64,000 nt of DNA from NCBI GenBank assembly GCA_027001995.1, contig JALTLO010000022.1:816-64815 (forward strand), given 5' to 3'. The notes beneath the pieces were generated by a model. It was not told the DNA's origin. It saw only the letters and a list, made by a program, of their open reading frames with translations, and ran no database searches. Made by a program: the position numbers and the translations under genes. How positions within the stretch are numbered: the first letter of the stretch is position 1; each line of letters opens with the position of its first letter. Positions 28,455-37,822 of this stretch are shown here, piece after piece. Source of the stretch: Planctomycetota bacterium (GTDB lineage: Bacteria > Planctomycetota > GCA-002687715 > DRQF01).

Positions 28455-29168
28455 ATGCAGACGTCCATCAATCCAATTGAAGTAAATAGCCGTGTATCGC
28501 AACTTCGGGTCGATCTGACCCAAATACGTCCTGGTATGCCCAACCAATCCGAACCTGAAAACGAGCTTTCGACGGCGGAATCTACCCTCTTGAGACTCTT
28601 CGTCCGCGTTGAGGAGATGCGCTCGCGAATCGACGTATTAGAAGAGGAAGTCCGGAGTCTGAAGGAAGACCGTGACCACTTCGCCTACCCTCGAGATGGC
28701 CATGGGGCGAACCATGCATCTTTTCGTTCCTTGCCGGAAGGGCGGGAAGTGGAGCTGGATGGCGAAAGTTATCGGGCTCATGTCTTGACCAGAATCGGCG
28801 AAAGCGTCCTCACTTTGGCCCGAACCAAGCGTGCCGGGCGGACAGGTCAATTGCTTTTCGTGATGCGGAATCGCCTCTTGCGAAGCGAGAGCCTGGGTCC
28901 TTTGGAAGAGCGGATTCTTGCCCTTTTGGTAACCCGCAGAGATGCGGGAAACCCCACGGGGCTCAACGCCCGGGAAATTGAAAGCCTACTGGAAAAGGAA
29001 AGCAATGTCCTGCCACTCTTGGTGAATGCACCAGTTGATAGCTCCATCCGGTCTTCTGTTTGTCGGCTGCGGAGCAAATTAGCCCGTTTGGCAGGGCCAA
29101 AAGGTCAAATCCTCACGAGCGAATGTGGCTACCGCCTGCTGGGACGACCAGAGATTGCTGTCAGTTAA
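28455..29168 (+). CDS. Putative DNA-binding protein with C-terminal OmpR/PhoB-type winged helix (trans_reg_C-like) and N-terminal coiled coil; no receiver domain
   Basis: The C-terminus VDSSIRSSVCRLRSKLARLAGPKGQILTSECGYRLL matches the wing/recognition helix pattern (hisrLRkKL...I.TvrGvGYrl). The start is an ATG (MQTSINP). Confidence 0.5.
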   Translation: MQTSINPIEVNSRVSQLRVDLTQIRPGMPNQSEPENELSTAESTLLRLFVRVEEMRSRIDVLEEEVRSLKEDRDHFAYPRDGHGANHASFRSLPEGREVELDGESYRAHVLTRIGESVLTLARTKRAGRTGQLLFVMRNRLLRSESLGPLEERILALLVTRRDAGNPTGLNAREIESLLEKESNVLPLLVNAPVDSSIRSSVCRLRSKLARLAGPKGQILTSECGYRLLGRPEIAVS

Positions 29169-29189
29169 CCTGACTCCTTCATGAGATCG
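29169..29189 (-). repeat. Copy of the CGATCTCATGAAkGAGTCrGG repeat (reverse orientation)
   Basis: The minus strand reads GGGGCCGATCTCATGAAGGAGTCAGG. It sits immediately 3' of the 29168 stop. Confidence 0.55.
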
Positions 29190-29347
29190 GCCCCGAGATT
29201 GTGAAGATTGGCTGTCCACAGAACCACAACGAATACCCGGCGCAACTCCCTTCTGCGCCACTTGCCTTGTTTTCCTCGAAGCGAAGAGGCCCCCACCGTT
29301 AACGATGGGGGCCTCATTTTTTCGGACGATCACCGAGGTCGCTGAGC

Positions 29348-29693
29348 TTAGAAACCGCTCTTCACCTTGGCGGACACTTTATCGTTCTTGAAAGTAATCG
29401 TGATGAGCTTGGAGCCATCTTCCCATTTGTAGGCGACGCAGCCCACCTTCACGAAGGGGGCGGCGCTGCCGCCGGAGTTGACGTGCACCGCCCGGGCGAT
29501 GACCTCCTCCCCCGTGCCGCTCTCCCCCCGCACCACCACCGCCGGTGTGCTTACCAAGAATGGCTTCAACTTCTTCCAAAGTCATGCCATCTTTGATTTT
29601 ATCATAGCTGTCTTGGGAAATACCGCCCCCACAGGCCACAACGAGGAGCAGGGCCAACATGGCGAGAGACCGCAGGATTCGAGTCTTCATCAA
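29348..29693 (-). pseudogene. Small BLIP-like lipoprotein gene disrupted and frame-shifted by a GC-rich insert encoding a sigma-54-activator Walker-A segment
   Basis: Frame A gives a lipobox signal (LLLVVAC) plus DSYDKIKDGMTLEEVEAILGK. Frame B gives ...YKWEDGSKLITITFKNDKVSAKVKSGF. The 29456-29552 stretch between them is about 73% GC. It reads GESGTGEEVIARAVHVNSGGSAAPFVKV, which matches the GESGTGKE..ARAIH.......PFV.VNC signature. Confidence 0.55.
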
Positions 29694-29883
29694 TCATCTC
29701 CAGGAAAACTTGTTCTGTTTTGAGCCACGGAGGAAGTCCGAGAAGCTCATGCTCCCAAGCATATCCTATTCCTGGCGATGTTTCACGATAGAGAAGAGTG
29801 GAGTTTAGAGCCGATTTTCGAGGGCAGCGGCTAGCTCGAATGTTTCTCAACCTCGCCGTCGTTCTCATCGGAAATGAGTCGAG

Positions 29884-30600
29884 CTAACGGACATCAGCCA
29901 AGACGGAGCAAATTTCACGGGGCCCAAATGGAGTGGAGAGAACCCCAGAAAGGGGCCAAGCATCCCAATCTTCCAGGAGCCCTCGTTCCTCGTCAATCAG
30001 AAATATGGCACAGTCATGGTCTTTCCCCAGAGAAAGAAGCTCAGCGCAATACTTGTCGCCCTTGTCACCCCCGAAACTCTCGGCGATGAAAACGAAATCA
30101 ACGGGCTCGCTGAGGTCCAAGAGTTGACGCAAGGGGCGAACCAGGTCTTTGGGGTCGTCTACCCCATGAACATGGAGACCTAAGGCTGACAGCTCATTTT
30201 CGAGGAATGCCAGATTCCCCTGCCCGCCAGCAATGACCACCGCATGGCCCTCCAAGGTCAGAGACGGGAGGTCCCCACTTTTGATCCCATCATCGACAGC
30301 TTGAGAAATGGCCTCACTGCTCAGGGAGCTACAATCGAGAAGTTCCTCTGGGGCGGTCTTAGCACAGAAGGCCATCATCTCTTTGACCGCCTGCTGCTCG
30401 GAACACCCTCCCTCCACGAGGTCGTCGAGCTTTTGCCATTCACTTAAGACAAGTTCCCGTTCGATCATCTCTTCGATGACGTTCGCAGCCACCGTAAGCT
30501 CACCCATATTGTCCGCAGCAGCGCGGGGAGAATTTGCCGAATTCAATTCATCGTTGGACACGGGGATGGGCCTCACAAGAAAAATGTCGTTACCGAGCAT
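29884..30600 (-). CDS. Hypothetical protein with degenerate receiver (CheY)-like C-terminal half
   Basis: The C-terminus HAVVIAGGQGN...VDFVFIAESFGGDKG...AIFLIDEE has weak receiver-like topology. No confident domain call can be made. Confidence 0.35.
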   Translation of the reverse strand: MLGNDIFLVRPIPVSNDELNSANSPRAAADNMGELTVAANVIEEMIERELVLSEWQKLDDLVEGGCSEQQAVKEMMAFCAKTAPEELLDCSSLSSEAISQAVDDGIKSGDLPSLTLEGHAVVIAGGQGNLAFLENELSALGLHVHGVDDPKDLVRPLRQLLDLSEPVDFVFIAESFGGDKGDKYCAELLSLGKDHDCAIFLIDEERGLLEDWDAWPLSGVLSTPFGPREICSVLADVR

Positions 30601-30689
30601 CTATCGGCCAACATCGGCGCTCTTTTGACTTAATTTGCTCTGGACCCAACCCAAGAGCTGCTCTACCCTCTGGCCACTGGAGGTCATAA

Positions 30690-32012
30690 ATGCGACATAT
30701 TCTCATTCTGATAGTGCTCTCTTGCTTGCCCTTAAGCGGTCAATCCCAAGAAATTAGAGCTTTTCATGCGGATCGAATCATTCCGATCAGTGGTGCCGAA
30801 ATCCCCGATGGTGTTTTGGTGATTCGTGGCAAGAAGATCGAAGCCATTGGGTCATTAAGCACAGTTCAGCTTCCCCAAGGAGTCAAACTCGAGAGAGTTC
30901 GAGGCATGATCATGCCGGGTTTAGTGGACACACACAGCCACATCGGTGGGGGCTCTGGGGGCGACGGTTCAAACCCCATTCAACCAGACTGCAAAATCTG
31001 GGAGACGCTCAACGCAAAAGACGCAGGCCTGCGCAAAGCGCTAGCTGGAGGTCTCACCACAGTCAACGTCATGCCTGGATCAGGGCATCTCATGAGCGGC
31101 CAAACGGTCTACATTAAATTACGAAGAGCCAAGACTGTGGAAGGCTTAGTGATTAAGGACAAGACCGGTTGGGTCATGGGCGGCATGAAAATGGCCAACG
31201 GCACCAACTCCATACGCAGCGCTCCTTTTCCCGGTACCAGAGCCAAATCAGCGGCCTTGGTGCGGGCAAAGTACATTCAAGCCCAAGAATACGTCGCCAA
31301 GATTCAAGCTGCGGGAAATGACAAAAGTAAACTTCCACCACGCGACTTGGGATTGGAAGGGTTGGCGGAAGTACTCAGCGGCAAACGTATCGTCCACCAC
31401 CACACCCATCGAGCTGACGACATTCTGACAGTATTGCGATTGGCGAAGGAATTCAGATTCCGTGTCGTCCTCCATCATGTCAGCGAAGGATGGAAAGTGG
31501 CTGAGGAAATCGCCGCAGCAAAAGTTCCCTGCTCCATCATTGTCCTCGACTCACCAGGAGGCAAATTAGAAGCTGTCGACCTACGCTCGGAAACAGGCGG
31601 CATCTTGGAGAAGGCTGGAGTTCCCACCGCCTTCCACACCGATGATGGCATCACGGATTCACGCCTATTTCTCCGATCTGCAGCCTTTGCCGTTCGATCT
31701 GGCATGTCCCGCAAAGCAGCCTTGGAAGGTCTCACACTCACGGCAGCAAAAATGATCGACTTAGACCATCGTTTAGGAAGCTTGGAGCCCGGGAAAGACG
31801 CTGACTTCATCATCTTGAGCGGCGAGCCTTTGAGCGTCTACACCAAGGTGAAACAAACCTGGGTCGAAGGAAAACTGGTTTTCGATTTGGCCAACCCGAA
31901 AGACCATCTCTTCGCTGTAGGGGGCTACGGCGCCAGTGAAGATCAAAAAATGCACACCCACTGCGGTTGGGCTGGCTCCCCCGATCACGCAAAAGACGGA
32001 GGTCAAAAATGA
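30690..32012 (+). CDS. Metal-dependent amidohydrolase (secreted), paralog 1
   Basis: It has a signal peptide and the HxH metal motif (GLVDTHSHIGGG). GGAGG lies 7 nt upstream of the ATG. Confidence 0.8.
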   Translation: MRHILILIVLSCLPLSGQSQEIRAFHADRIIPISGAEIPDGVLVIRGKKIEAIGSLSTVQLPQGVKLERVRGMIMPGLVDTHSHIGGGSGGDGSNPIQPDCKIWETLNAKDAGLRKALAGGLTTVNVMPGSGHLMSGQTVYIKLRRAKTVEGLVIKDKTGWVMGGMKMANGTNSIRSAPFPGTRAKSAALVRAKYIQAQEYVAKIQAAGNDKSKLPPRDLGLEGLAEVLSGKRIVHHHTHRADDILTVLRLAKEFRFRVVLHHVSEGWKVAEEIAAAKVPCSIIVLDSPGGKLEAVDLRSETGGILEKAGVPTAFHTDDGITDSRLFLRSAAFAVRSGMSRKAALEGLTLTAAKMIDLDHRLGSLEPGKDADFIILSGEPLSVYTKVKQTWVEGKLVFDLANPKDHLFAVGGYGASEDQKMHTHCGWAGSPDHAKDGGQK

Positions 32013-33223
32013 AACATCACACTGTACTCATCGGGCTTCTGCTTGCTGCACTCCTACCCTCCTTAGAGGCCCAAGTTGCGGTGAAAGCCGACTTCATTCA
32101 TGTGGTGTCTGGCCCCCCCATCAAAAACGGTTTGATCCTCATGGACAAAGGCAAAATCAGGGCTATTGGCAGACAAGATCAGATCAAAATCCCAAAAGGC
32201 TACCGGGTCCTGACCGCTAAGATCGTGACTCCAGGGCTCATTGACGCCCATAGCACCGTGGGGCTCGCTGGGATTTACAATCGCAATCAAGACCAGGAGC
32301 AGCACGAGAAATCTGCGCCCATTCAACCTGAGCTGCGAGCCCTCGACGCCTATAACCCCCGAGAAGCTTTAGTGACCTGGCTACGAGAGCACGGAGTCAC
32401 CACGATCAACACAGGGCACGCTCCTAAAGCCGTTGTTCCGGGTCAAACGATGCTCATCAAGACTCTGTCGATCCCAACAGAACAAGCCATGATCCGCAAA
32501 ACAGGGACGATTCTGGCGACTTTGGGAAACAGCGCCAAAGGAAGCGGGGGAAAGTCACCGGGAACTGTTGCCAAACAGGCAGCCATTCTCCGCGCCGAAT
32601 TGATCAAAGCGAGGGAATACCTGAGGAAGCAAAGAACTGCCACGTTGGAGAAACCAATCGCAAGAGACCTCCGCCTGGAAGCCCTGGGCGGAGTGTTAGA
32701 AAGAAAAGTGCCACTCTTGATAACAGCTCAGCGAGATCGTGAAATCCTCACAGCCCTGCGTATTGCCAAGGAGTTCGACCTCAAGATCATTCTAGATGGC
32801 GCCGCCGAGATTCATTTGGTGCTACCACAAGTGATCAAAGCCGGTATTCCTGTGGTCCTTCATCCCCCCATGGTTCGCGCCAATGGCGATCTCAAGAACG
32901 TCAGCTTTGAAACCGCTGCGAAACTTGAAAAAGCCGGTGTCCCATTCTGTTTCCAAAGTGGCTACGAAGGGTATGTGCCCAAGACACGGGTTGTCCTCTT
33001 TGAGGCTGCGATCGCCGCAGCCCATGGTCTCAACCCAACTGATGCCCTTAAGGCTCTCACTTTAGATGCCGCCAAAATTTTGGGCATTGAGGGACGAGTG
33101 GGCTCCATTGCCGTGGGTAAGGACGCTGACTTAGCCCTCTTTGACGGCGACCCCTTCGAGTACACATCTCATGTCATGGCTGTCATCATCAACGGAAAGA
33201 TCGTGAGCACTCAGGTTCGATAA
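32009..33223 (+). CDS. Metal-dependent amidohydrolase (secreted), paralog 2
   Basis: It has the signal peptide MKHHTVLIGLLLAALLPSLEAQ and the motif GLIDAHSTVG. The start is an ATGA overlap with GGAGG upstream. The listed ORF start at 31967 is over-extended. Confidence 0.8.
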   Translation: MKHHTVLIGLLLAALLPSLEAQVAVKADFIHVVSGPPIKNGLILMDKGKIRAIGRQDQIKIPKGYRVLTAKIVTPGLIDAHSTVGLAGIYNRNQDQEQHEKSAPIQPELRALDAYNPREALVTWLREHGVTTINTGHAPKAVVPGQTMLIKTLSIPTEQAMIRKTGTILATLGNSAKGSGGKSPGTVAKQAAILRAELIKAREYLRKQRTATLEKPIARDLRLEALGGVLERKVPLLITAQRDREILTALRIAKEFDLKIILDGAAEIHLVLPQVIKAGIPVVLHPPMVRANGDLKNVSFETAAKLEKAGVPFCFQSGYEGYVPKTRVVLFEAAIAAAHGLNPTDALKALTLDAAKILGIEGRVGSIAVGKDADLALFDGDPFEYTSHVMAVIINGKIVSTQVR

Positions 33224-33260
33224 TTGGCCTCTTTCCTGAGCCCATTTCCATGCCAAGGGC

Positions 33261-34022
33261 TTAAAAGCCCTTGGCATTTTCTTTGAGCCAAGAAACGATG
33301 ACACGATAGCCAGCGAGGTTCGGATGCCAATCGTCCACGCTCATAGCCTGGCTCAAACATCCCTCGCCATCAACCAACGGCTTGCGATCCAAAGGCAGGA
33401 AACCCACACTCATGGCTTCCGCCAACACCCGTAATCCCTCATTTAAGGAGTCCAGCTCAGTGCCATTCGATCTGGGGGTATTCAGCCGTCCAGGTATGAT
33501 TCCCAGCAGGAGAATGGCCGAGGATGGGGCCAGTGTCTGAATGCGAGAAATAAGAAGGCGCACCCGATTGGCGATGGCTGCGACCGAGTCTCCTCGCCTC
33601 AGATCAATGGAACCCGCGTAGAGGACCACCCCTTTAACTTTGGGCCACGCCTCCAGTGGGAGGCTCTTGTCAACTCGCCCCAAGAGCTCCTCTGCCGACT
33701 CGCCTCCGATTCCCCGATTGAGGAATTCGCTCTGAGGAAAAATCTCCCCAAGGGGGAATCTCTCGATAATGGACGAGCCCAAAAAAACCACAGGGTTGGC
33801 GAAACCAAGCACCCGAGACTCTTCCCTGCGGAAACCCTCCAGCCTTTCTTCACGATGTTCCTGCTGCAGGGCATGCTCTCGCACTTGCGGGTCTTCTAAG
33901 AGATCACGTAGAAACCAGCCACCTGGGAGAATATGCGCCCAACTGAGACCCAGAATAACCAAAATCACAATCAAAAGTATTAGCGCAAGTCGTATCATAG
34001 CGTGAGGTTGCATAAGCTCCAT
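33261..34022 (-). CDS. SGNH/GDSL-family hydrolase
   Basis: Block I is VVFLGSSIIERF, and a C-terminal DDWHPN provides the DxxH catalytic pair. A single transmembrane or signal segment sits at the N-terminus. Confidence 0.7.
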   Translation of the reverse strand: MELMQPHAMIRLALILLIVILVILGLSWAHILPGGWFLRDLLEDPQVREHALQQEHREERLEGFRREESRVLGFANPVVFLGSSIIERFPLGEIFPQSEFLNRGIGGESAEELLGRVDKSLPLEAWPKVKGVVLYAGSIDLRRGDSVAAIANRVRLLISRIQTLAPSSAILLLGIIPGRLNTPRSNGTELDSLNEGLRVLAEAMSVGFLPLDRKPLVDGEGCLSQAMSVDDWHPNLAGYRVIVSWLKENAKGF

Positions 34023-34042
34023 GGACGTGCCAGTATCCTTGC

Positions 34043-35662
34043 GTGGTTGGCCTCAAATGGCAAGCCTCGTTTAGCCGAAATAATGGGGACAAAGTCTCTG
34101 GCTTAGGTAAGAGGACGAAATCGTTGTTCAAGAACATTGGCGCCCAGTGGATTCGCACACTGATTTTCATTGCTGTGGGCCTCTTCGTGCCGCCACTGAT
34201 GAATCATTTCCTAGGCAAAGGCACTTATGGTGCCTGGAGCTTGATCATGTCCACAACCGGATTCATCAAGCTCTTGGCCTTAGGGGTGCCAATCGCCACC
34301 GTCCGCGCCATTGCTGCGGCCAAAGATGAGGAAGAAGTCAATCAGGTTGTCGGCACCAGCAAGAAAATCTTCATGCTTATCGGCGTCATAGCCCTCTTCG
34401 TCGGTACTGCCCTCTACTTCTTCTTTGAACAAGCCTACTTAACTCCCCACATAGTAGATGGTGTGTTGGAGAGCAAGATTGCTGCTAAAGACGCCTGGGC
34501 TGCGCGTTTGGCATTCGGGCTCGTTGTTGGGCATGTAGCTCTGACATTCGTCATGCAACTGCCCTACACGATTTTGGCGGGTAAACAGCAATTCGTAGCG
34601 CAAAACAAGATCATGATCTTTGTCTTGTTGATCCGAGTATCGATGATCGTCAGCGTTTTGGCCATAAATGCTTCCATCATTCTTCTGGCGATCGTCGAAA
34701 TCATCACCCTCGTTTTTGAGTTCATACTACCTTGGCGCTCCGTCAAGAAGCGATACCCAGAGCTACGATTCCAGATCCGGGACTACAACAAGTCATCCAT
34801 GAAGACGATTTTCAACTTCGGTGGCTACATCGTCCTCTTGCACATCGGCATGCGTTTATGTTTTGAAACTGATGCCTTGGTCATCGGCTGGGGCATGAAT
34901 TCCCAATCCGTTACCGATTACAACCAGTCCAACGCTTTCATCATCCACTTGATTCAACTGATGATGGGCGTTGGCGGGGTCATGATGCCCATGGCCACCA
35001 AATTGCAAAAGGAAGAGAAGTTCCAGGAGTTGGAGCAGATCTTCTACAAGTGGTCGAAAATCACCTTTTCCTTAGCACTCCTGGTGGGCATTTATCTATT
35101 GGTTTTGGGCCCTGAATTTGTCGCCTGGTGGATGCATGACGTCAGCTACTTTGAACCAGCAAAACAAGTGGTTCCGGCTCTTATGCTGTCCTGTTTTGTC
35201 TTCCTGCCAATCCGCGCTGTCACTTTGCCCATGCTTTTGGGTCTAGGAAAAGTCAAGTTCCCCGCATGGCTCTTCTTGGGGATTGGCATCTTGAATATCG
35301 GAATCAGCTTGGCCCTTGTACGCCCCCTTGGCCTATTCGGTGTGGCCTTGGGCACCGCTATTCCCAACGTCATCTATGCCGTCATAGTTCTGGTATATGC
35401 TTGCCATCAAATAGACTGTCGGCTGATAGACTATGTACGCTATGTCGTTCCAAAGTGTTTCCTCGGTTCCATCCCCATTGTCGCCGGGTTATTCTGGATT
35501 CGCGCTACCTATGCCCCTCGAAGCCTGGCCGAACTCATGATCTCGGGCATCGGTATGGTTGTGATTTTCGTCATCATGTGGATCGGATTCGTCTATCGCA
35601 AAGACCCCCTTGTGGACATCAACGGGCCGCTTAAGTCATTGCTCAAGAAGGTCAGCAGATGA
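34043..35662 (+). CDS. Polysaccharide (Wzx-type, MOP superfamily) flippase
   Basis: It is a 12-14 TM protein with a typical Wzx N-terminus (GKGTYGAWSLIMSTTGFIKLL). The start is a GTG. Confidence 0.7.
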   Translation: MVGLKWQASFSRNNGDKVSGLGKRTKSLFKNIGAQWIRTLIFIAVGLFVPPLMNHFLGKGTYGAWSLIMSTTGFIKLLALGVPIATVRAIAAAKDEEEVNQVVGTSKKIFMLIGVIALFVGTALYFFFEQAYLTPHIVDGVLESKIAAKDAWAARLAFGLVVGHVALTFVMQLPYTILAGKQQFVAQNKIMIFVLLIRVSMIVSVLAINASIILLAIVEIITLVFEFILPWRSVKKRYPELRFQIRDYNKSSMKTIFNFGGYIVLLHIGMRLCFETDALVIGWGMNSQSVTDYNQSNAFIIHLIQLMMGVGGVMMPMATKLQKEEKFQELEQIFYKWSKITFSLALLVGIYLLVLGPEFVAWWMHDVSYFEPAKQVVPALMLSCFVFLPIRAVTLPMLLGLGKVKFPAWLFLGIGILNIGISLALVRPLGLFGVALGTAIPNVIYAVIVLVYACHQIDCRLIDYVRYVVPKCFLGSIPIVAGLFWIRATYAPRSLAELMISGIGMVVIFVIMWIGFVYRKDPLVDINGPLKSLLKKVSR

Positions 35663-36801
35663 TCCCGACTCTTATTTTCATCACCGCCGGGATAGCCCTT
35701 TTTATCGCCGCCGAGCTGAGCACTCGGTTTTGCTTGGCCCGTTGGGGAAAAGCCAAAGTTTGGCAACCCAATAGTAGACTGCACATGCACATGGACCAGG
35801 AGGTCCTGCCTGAACTGGAAGAGGTGGTCCGCAGTGAGGTCAACTCTCTGGGTGAACGTGGGGATGAACCAAAAGATATGGACCGAGCCTATCGCGTCTT
35901 GGTCATTGGCGGAAGCGCCGCAGAGTGCTTCTACTTAGACAAGGATTCCGGTTGGCCCGGGGTCGCCAAATCCATCTTGAGTACCCCCGAGAACCTAAGC
36001 ATTCTTGGCAAAGAACACATCCACCTGGGCAACATTGCGCGAGCTGGTGTTGGTTCAGTGGCTCTGGAGCAAATGCTCAATGCCGTGCTGCCTCAATATG
36101 AACGAGTAGACCTCATCCTGTGTATGGTAGGTGCCAGTGATGTTCTTCGCTGGTTCTCCCGAGGCGCGAAAAGCGATGACGAAGAAAGTAAGATCCGTTT
36201 AAGGGACTACATTTTCTTCCTTCCTAAGGACAACTTTTCCTGGCACCCGAAGAGAACAGCGATGGCTGCTGTGGCCCGTCTTTGGTTGAAATCGCGACAA
36301 AGAGCCCCGGAAGTAAGGGAGCACACAGGGCAACGGGTTGGATCACTTCGAACAATGCGCCAGAATGCCTCCACCAAGCGCAAAGAAACCGGTGATCCCA
36401 CCAAAATGCTCGACCGCTTTGCGAATTCTTTCCGGCACATCTTGGCCATGTGCCAAGAAAAGGCCGATCGCGTCCTTGTGGTCCGTCAACCTTGGTTTGA
36501 AAAAGAGCACAGCGCCGAAGAAGAGTCCTTCTTTTGGAACGCAGCCCAAGGGGATCCATTCAAAGAAACTTGTGACACTTACTTTGACACATCCATGATC
36601 AAAGAACGCATGCGTGACATGGATGAGCGTGCCATCGAGGTTTGCGAATCAATGGAGATCGAACACATCGACGTGAAACCCGTACTTCCTATGAGTCGGG
36701 CCACCTTCTATGATTTCTACCACTACACCCCAGAAGGGGCCCGCATATTAGGCGAAGCCGTGGCGGAACGCATTCTTCGAAAGAAACGGACGAAAGTCTG
36801 A
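35659..36801 (+). CDS. Membrane-anchored SGNH-hydrolase-like protein (candidate polysaccharide O-acyl esterase or transferase)
   Basis: It has an N-terminal TM helix, the segment YRVLVIGGSAAECF, and a C-terminal DFYHYTPEGA (DxxH). It overlaps the flippase gene as ATGA. Confidence 0.6.
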   Translation: MIPTLIFITAGIALFIAAELSTRFCLARWGKAKVWQPNSRLHMHMDQEVLPELEEVVRSEVNSLGERGDEPKDMDRAYRVLVIGGSAAECFYLDKDSGWPGVAKSILSTPENLSILGKEHIHLGNIARAGVGSVALEQMLNAVLPQYERVDLILCMVGASDVLRWFSRGAKSDDEESKIRLRDYIFFLPKDNFSWHPKRTAMAAVARLWLKSRQRAPEVREHTGQRVGSLRTMRQNASTKRKETGDPTKMLDRFANSFRHILAMCQEKADRVLVVRQPWFEKEHSAEEESFFWNAAQGDPFKETCDTYFDTSMIKERMRDMDERAIEVCESMEIEHIDVKPVLPMSRATFYDFYHYTPEGARILGEAVAERILRKKRTKV

Positions 36802-36810
36802 CCGAACCAA

Positions 36811-36833
36811 GACAAGGTCAAACCCGCCTTGTC
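36811..36833. terminator. Hairpin between convergent genes (GACAAGG-tcaaacccg-CCTTGTC); no U-tract
   Basis: The stem-loop is read from the sequence. The terminator function is inferred. Confidence 0.3.
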
Positions 36834-36867
36834 CATGAGGTCGAGGCTCCTATACAAACCTCGCCCC

Positions 36868-37224
36868 TCAATCGCCCAAATAGATACACCCGCTGGTGCA
36901 GGTTTCGCGAACGACGATCTTAGTGAGCTGCCCCAAACTTGGCTTCAATTCCTGCCAAATCCATTTGGCCAAGTTCTCACTGGTGGGATTCTCCAACCCT
37001 GGGATCTCATTGAGGTAGTGGTGATCAAGACGCTCATAAGTGGGGCGAAAGGCAGCCTTCAGGTCTGAAAAGTCCATCACCCAACCAGTCTTGGCATCGA
37101 CGTCCCCGGAGACATGGATCTCAATCTCAAAAGAATGCCCATGGAGACGGCCACACTTATGTCCCTCTGGTACGTTGGGCAAGAGATGCGCGGCCTCAAA
37201 CCGAATAGCTTTGAATATGTCCAT
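36868..37224 (-). CDS. queD: 6-carboxy-5,6,7,8-tetrahydropterin synthase
   Basis: It has the zinc-ligand motif [15 protein letters not shown] (CxxxHGH). The protein is 118 aa with PTPS family topology. Confidence 0.85.
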   Translation of the reverse strand: MDIFKAIRFEAAHLLPNVPEGHKCGRLHGHSFEIEIHVSGDVDAKTGWVMDFSDLKAAFRPTYERLDHHYLNEIPGLENPTSENLAKWIWQELKPSLGQLTKIVVRETCTSGCIYLGD

Positions 37225-37317
37225 GTCGCAATCTCGCTGTGATTCTTATCTCTATCCACAATTTCAATGGGATGGCCAGCAATCAAGGGGCAAAGCGATT
37301 TATCGCGGGATGTTCCT

Positions 37318-37791
37318 TCAGTCCCTTGCTTCCGCAAGAGCTTCGATCTGCTGCCGGAAAGCAGCAATTTCTTGGGTAGAATACCGGGACTCTGGCAAAT
37401 CGCTGCCCCAAACGACCCCAGGCCAACAGAAATCCTCAGCAGACCGCCCAATGATGTGAACATGAAGCTGAGGAACCATGTTGCCAATGGCCGCGACGTT
37501 TACTTTCATGACTCCAGGTTGACTACAGACGAATTTGCTGACCGTGTCCATGGTCGCCCTCAGTTCGCCTCTTGAAGTTAGAGGCAATTCAAAGATGTCC
37601 CTTTCCTCGACCTCCGGCACCAAGATGAACCAGGGAATGGCGGCGCAACGATGGAGGAGAACGTGGCTGAACCCTATGTGTCCCAAGTTAATGGTATCTG
37701 CCTCTAACTGTCGGTGAATTTGAAACACGTCTTCGCCCTCCCCGCAAAAAAACTCCGAGCTTGACGCTCGGAGTTTACTTTCCTCATTCAT
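37318..37791 (-). CDS. HIT-family (histidine triad) protein
   Basis: The motif LHVHIIGR is a HxHxHxx histidine triad. Confidence 0.8.
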   Translation of the reverse strand: MNEESKLRASSSEFFCGEGEDVFQIHRQLEADTINLGHIGFSHVLLHRCAAIPWFILVPEVEERDIFELPLTSRGELRATMDTVSKFVCSQPGVMKVNVAAIGNMVPQLHVHIIGRSAEDFCWPGVVWGSDLPESRYSTQEIAAFRQQIEALAEARD

Positions 37792-37822
37792 GAATTGATG
37801 GCCAAGTCATGAAGTCATAGTT

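Noticed and set aside
37780-37795. Sixth copy of the repeat at the HIT gene start
   Set aside because: Only 11 nt (TCATGAATGAG) match, and they encode the M-N-E start of the gene. That is too short to call confidently.
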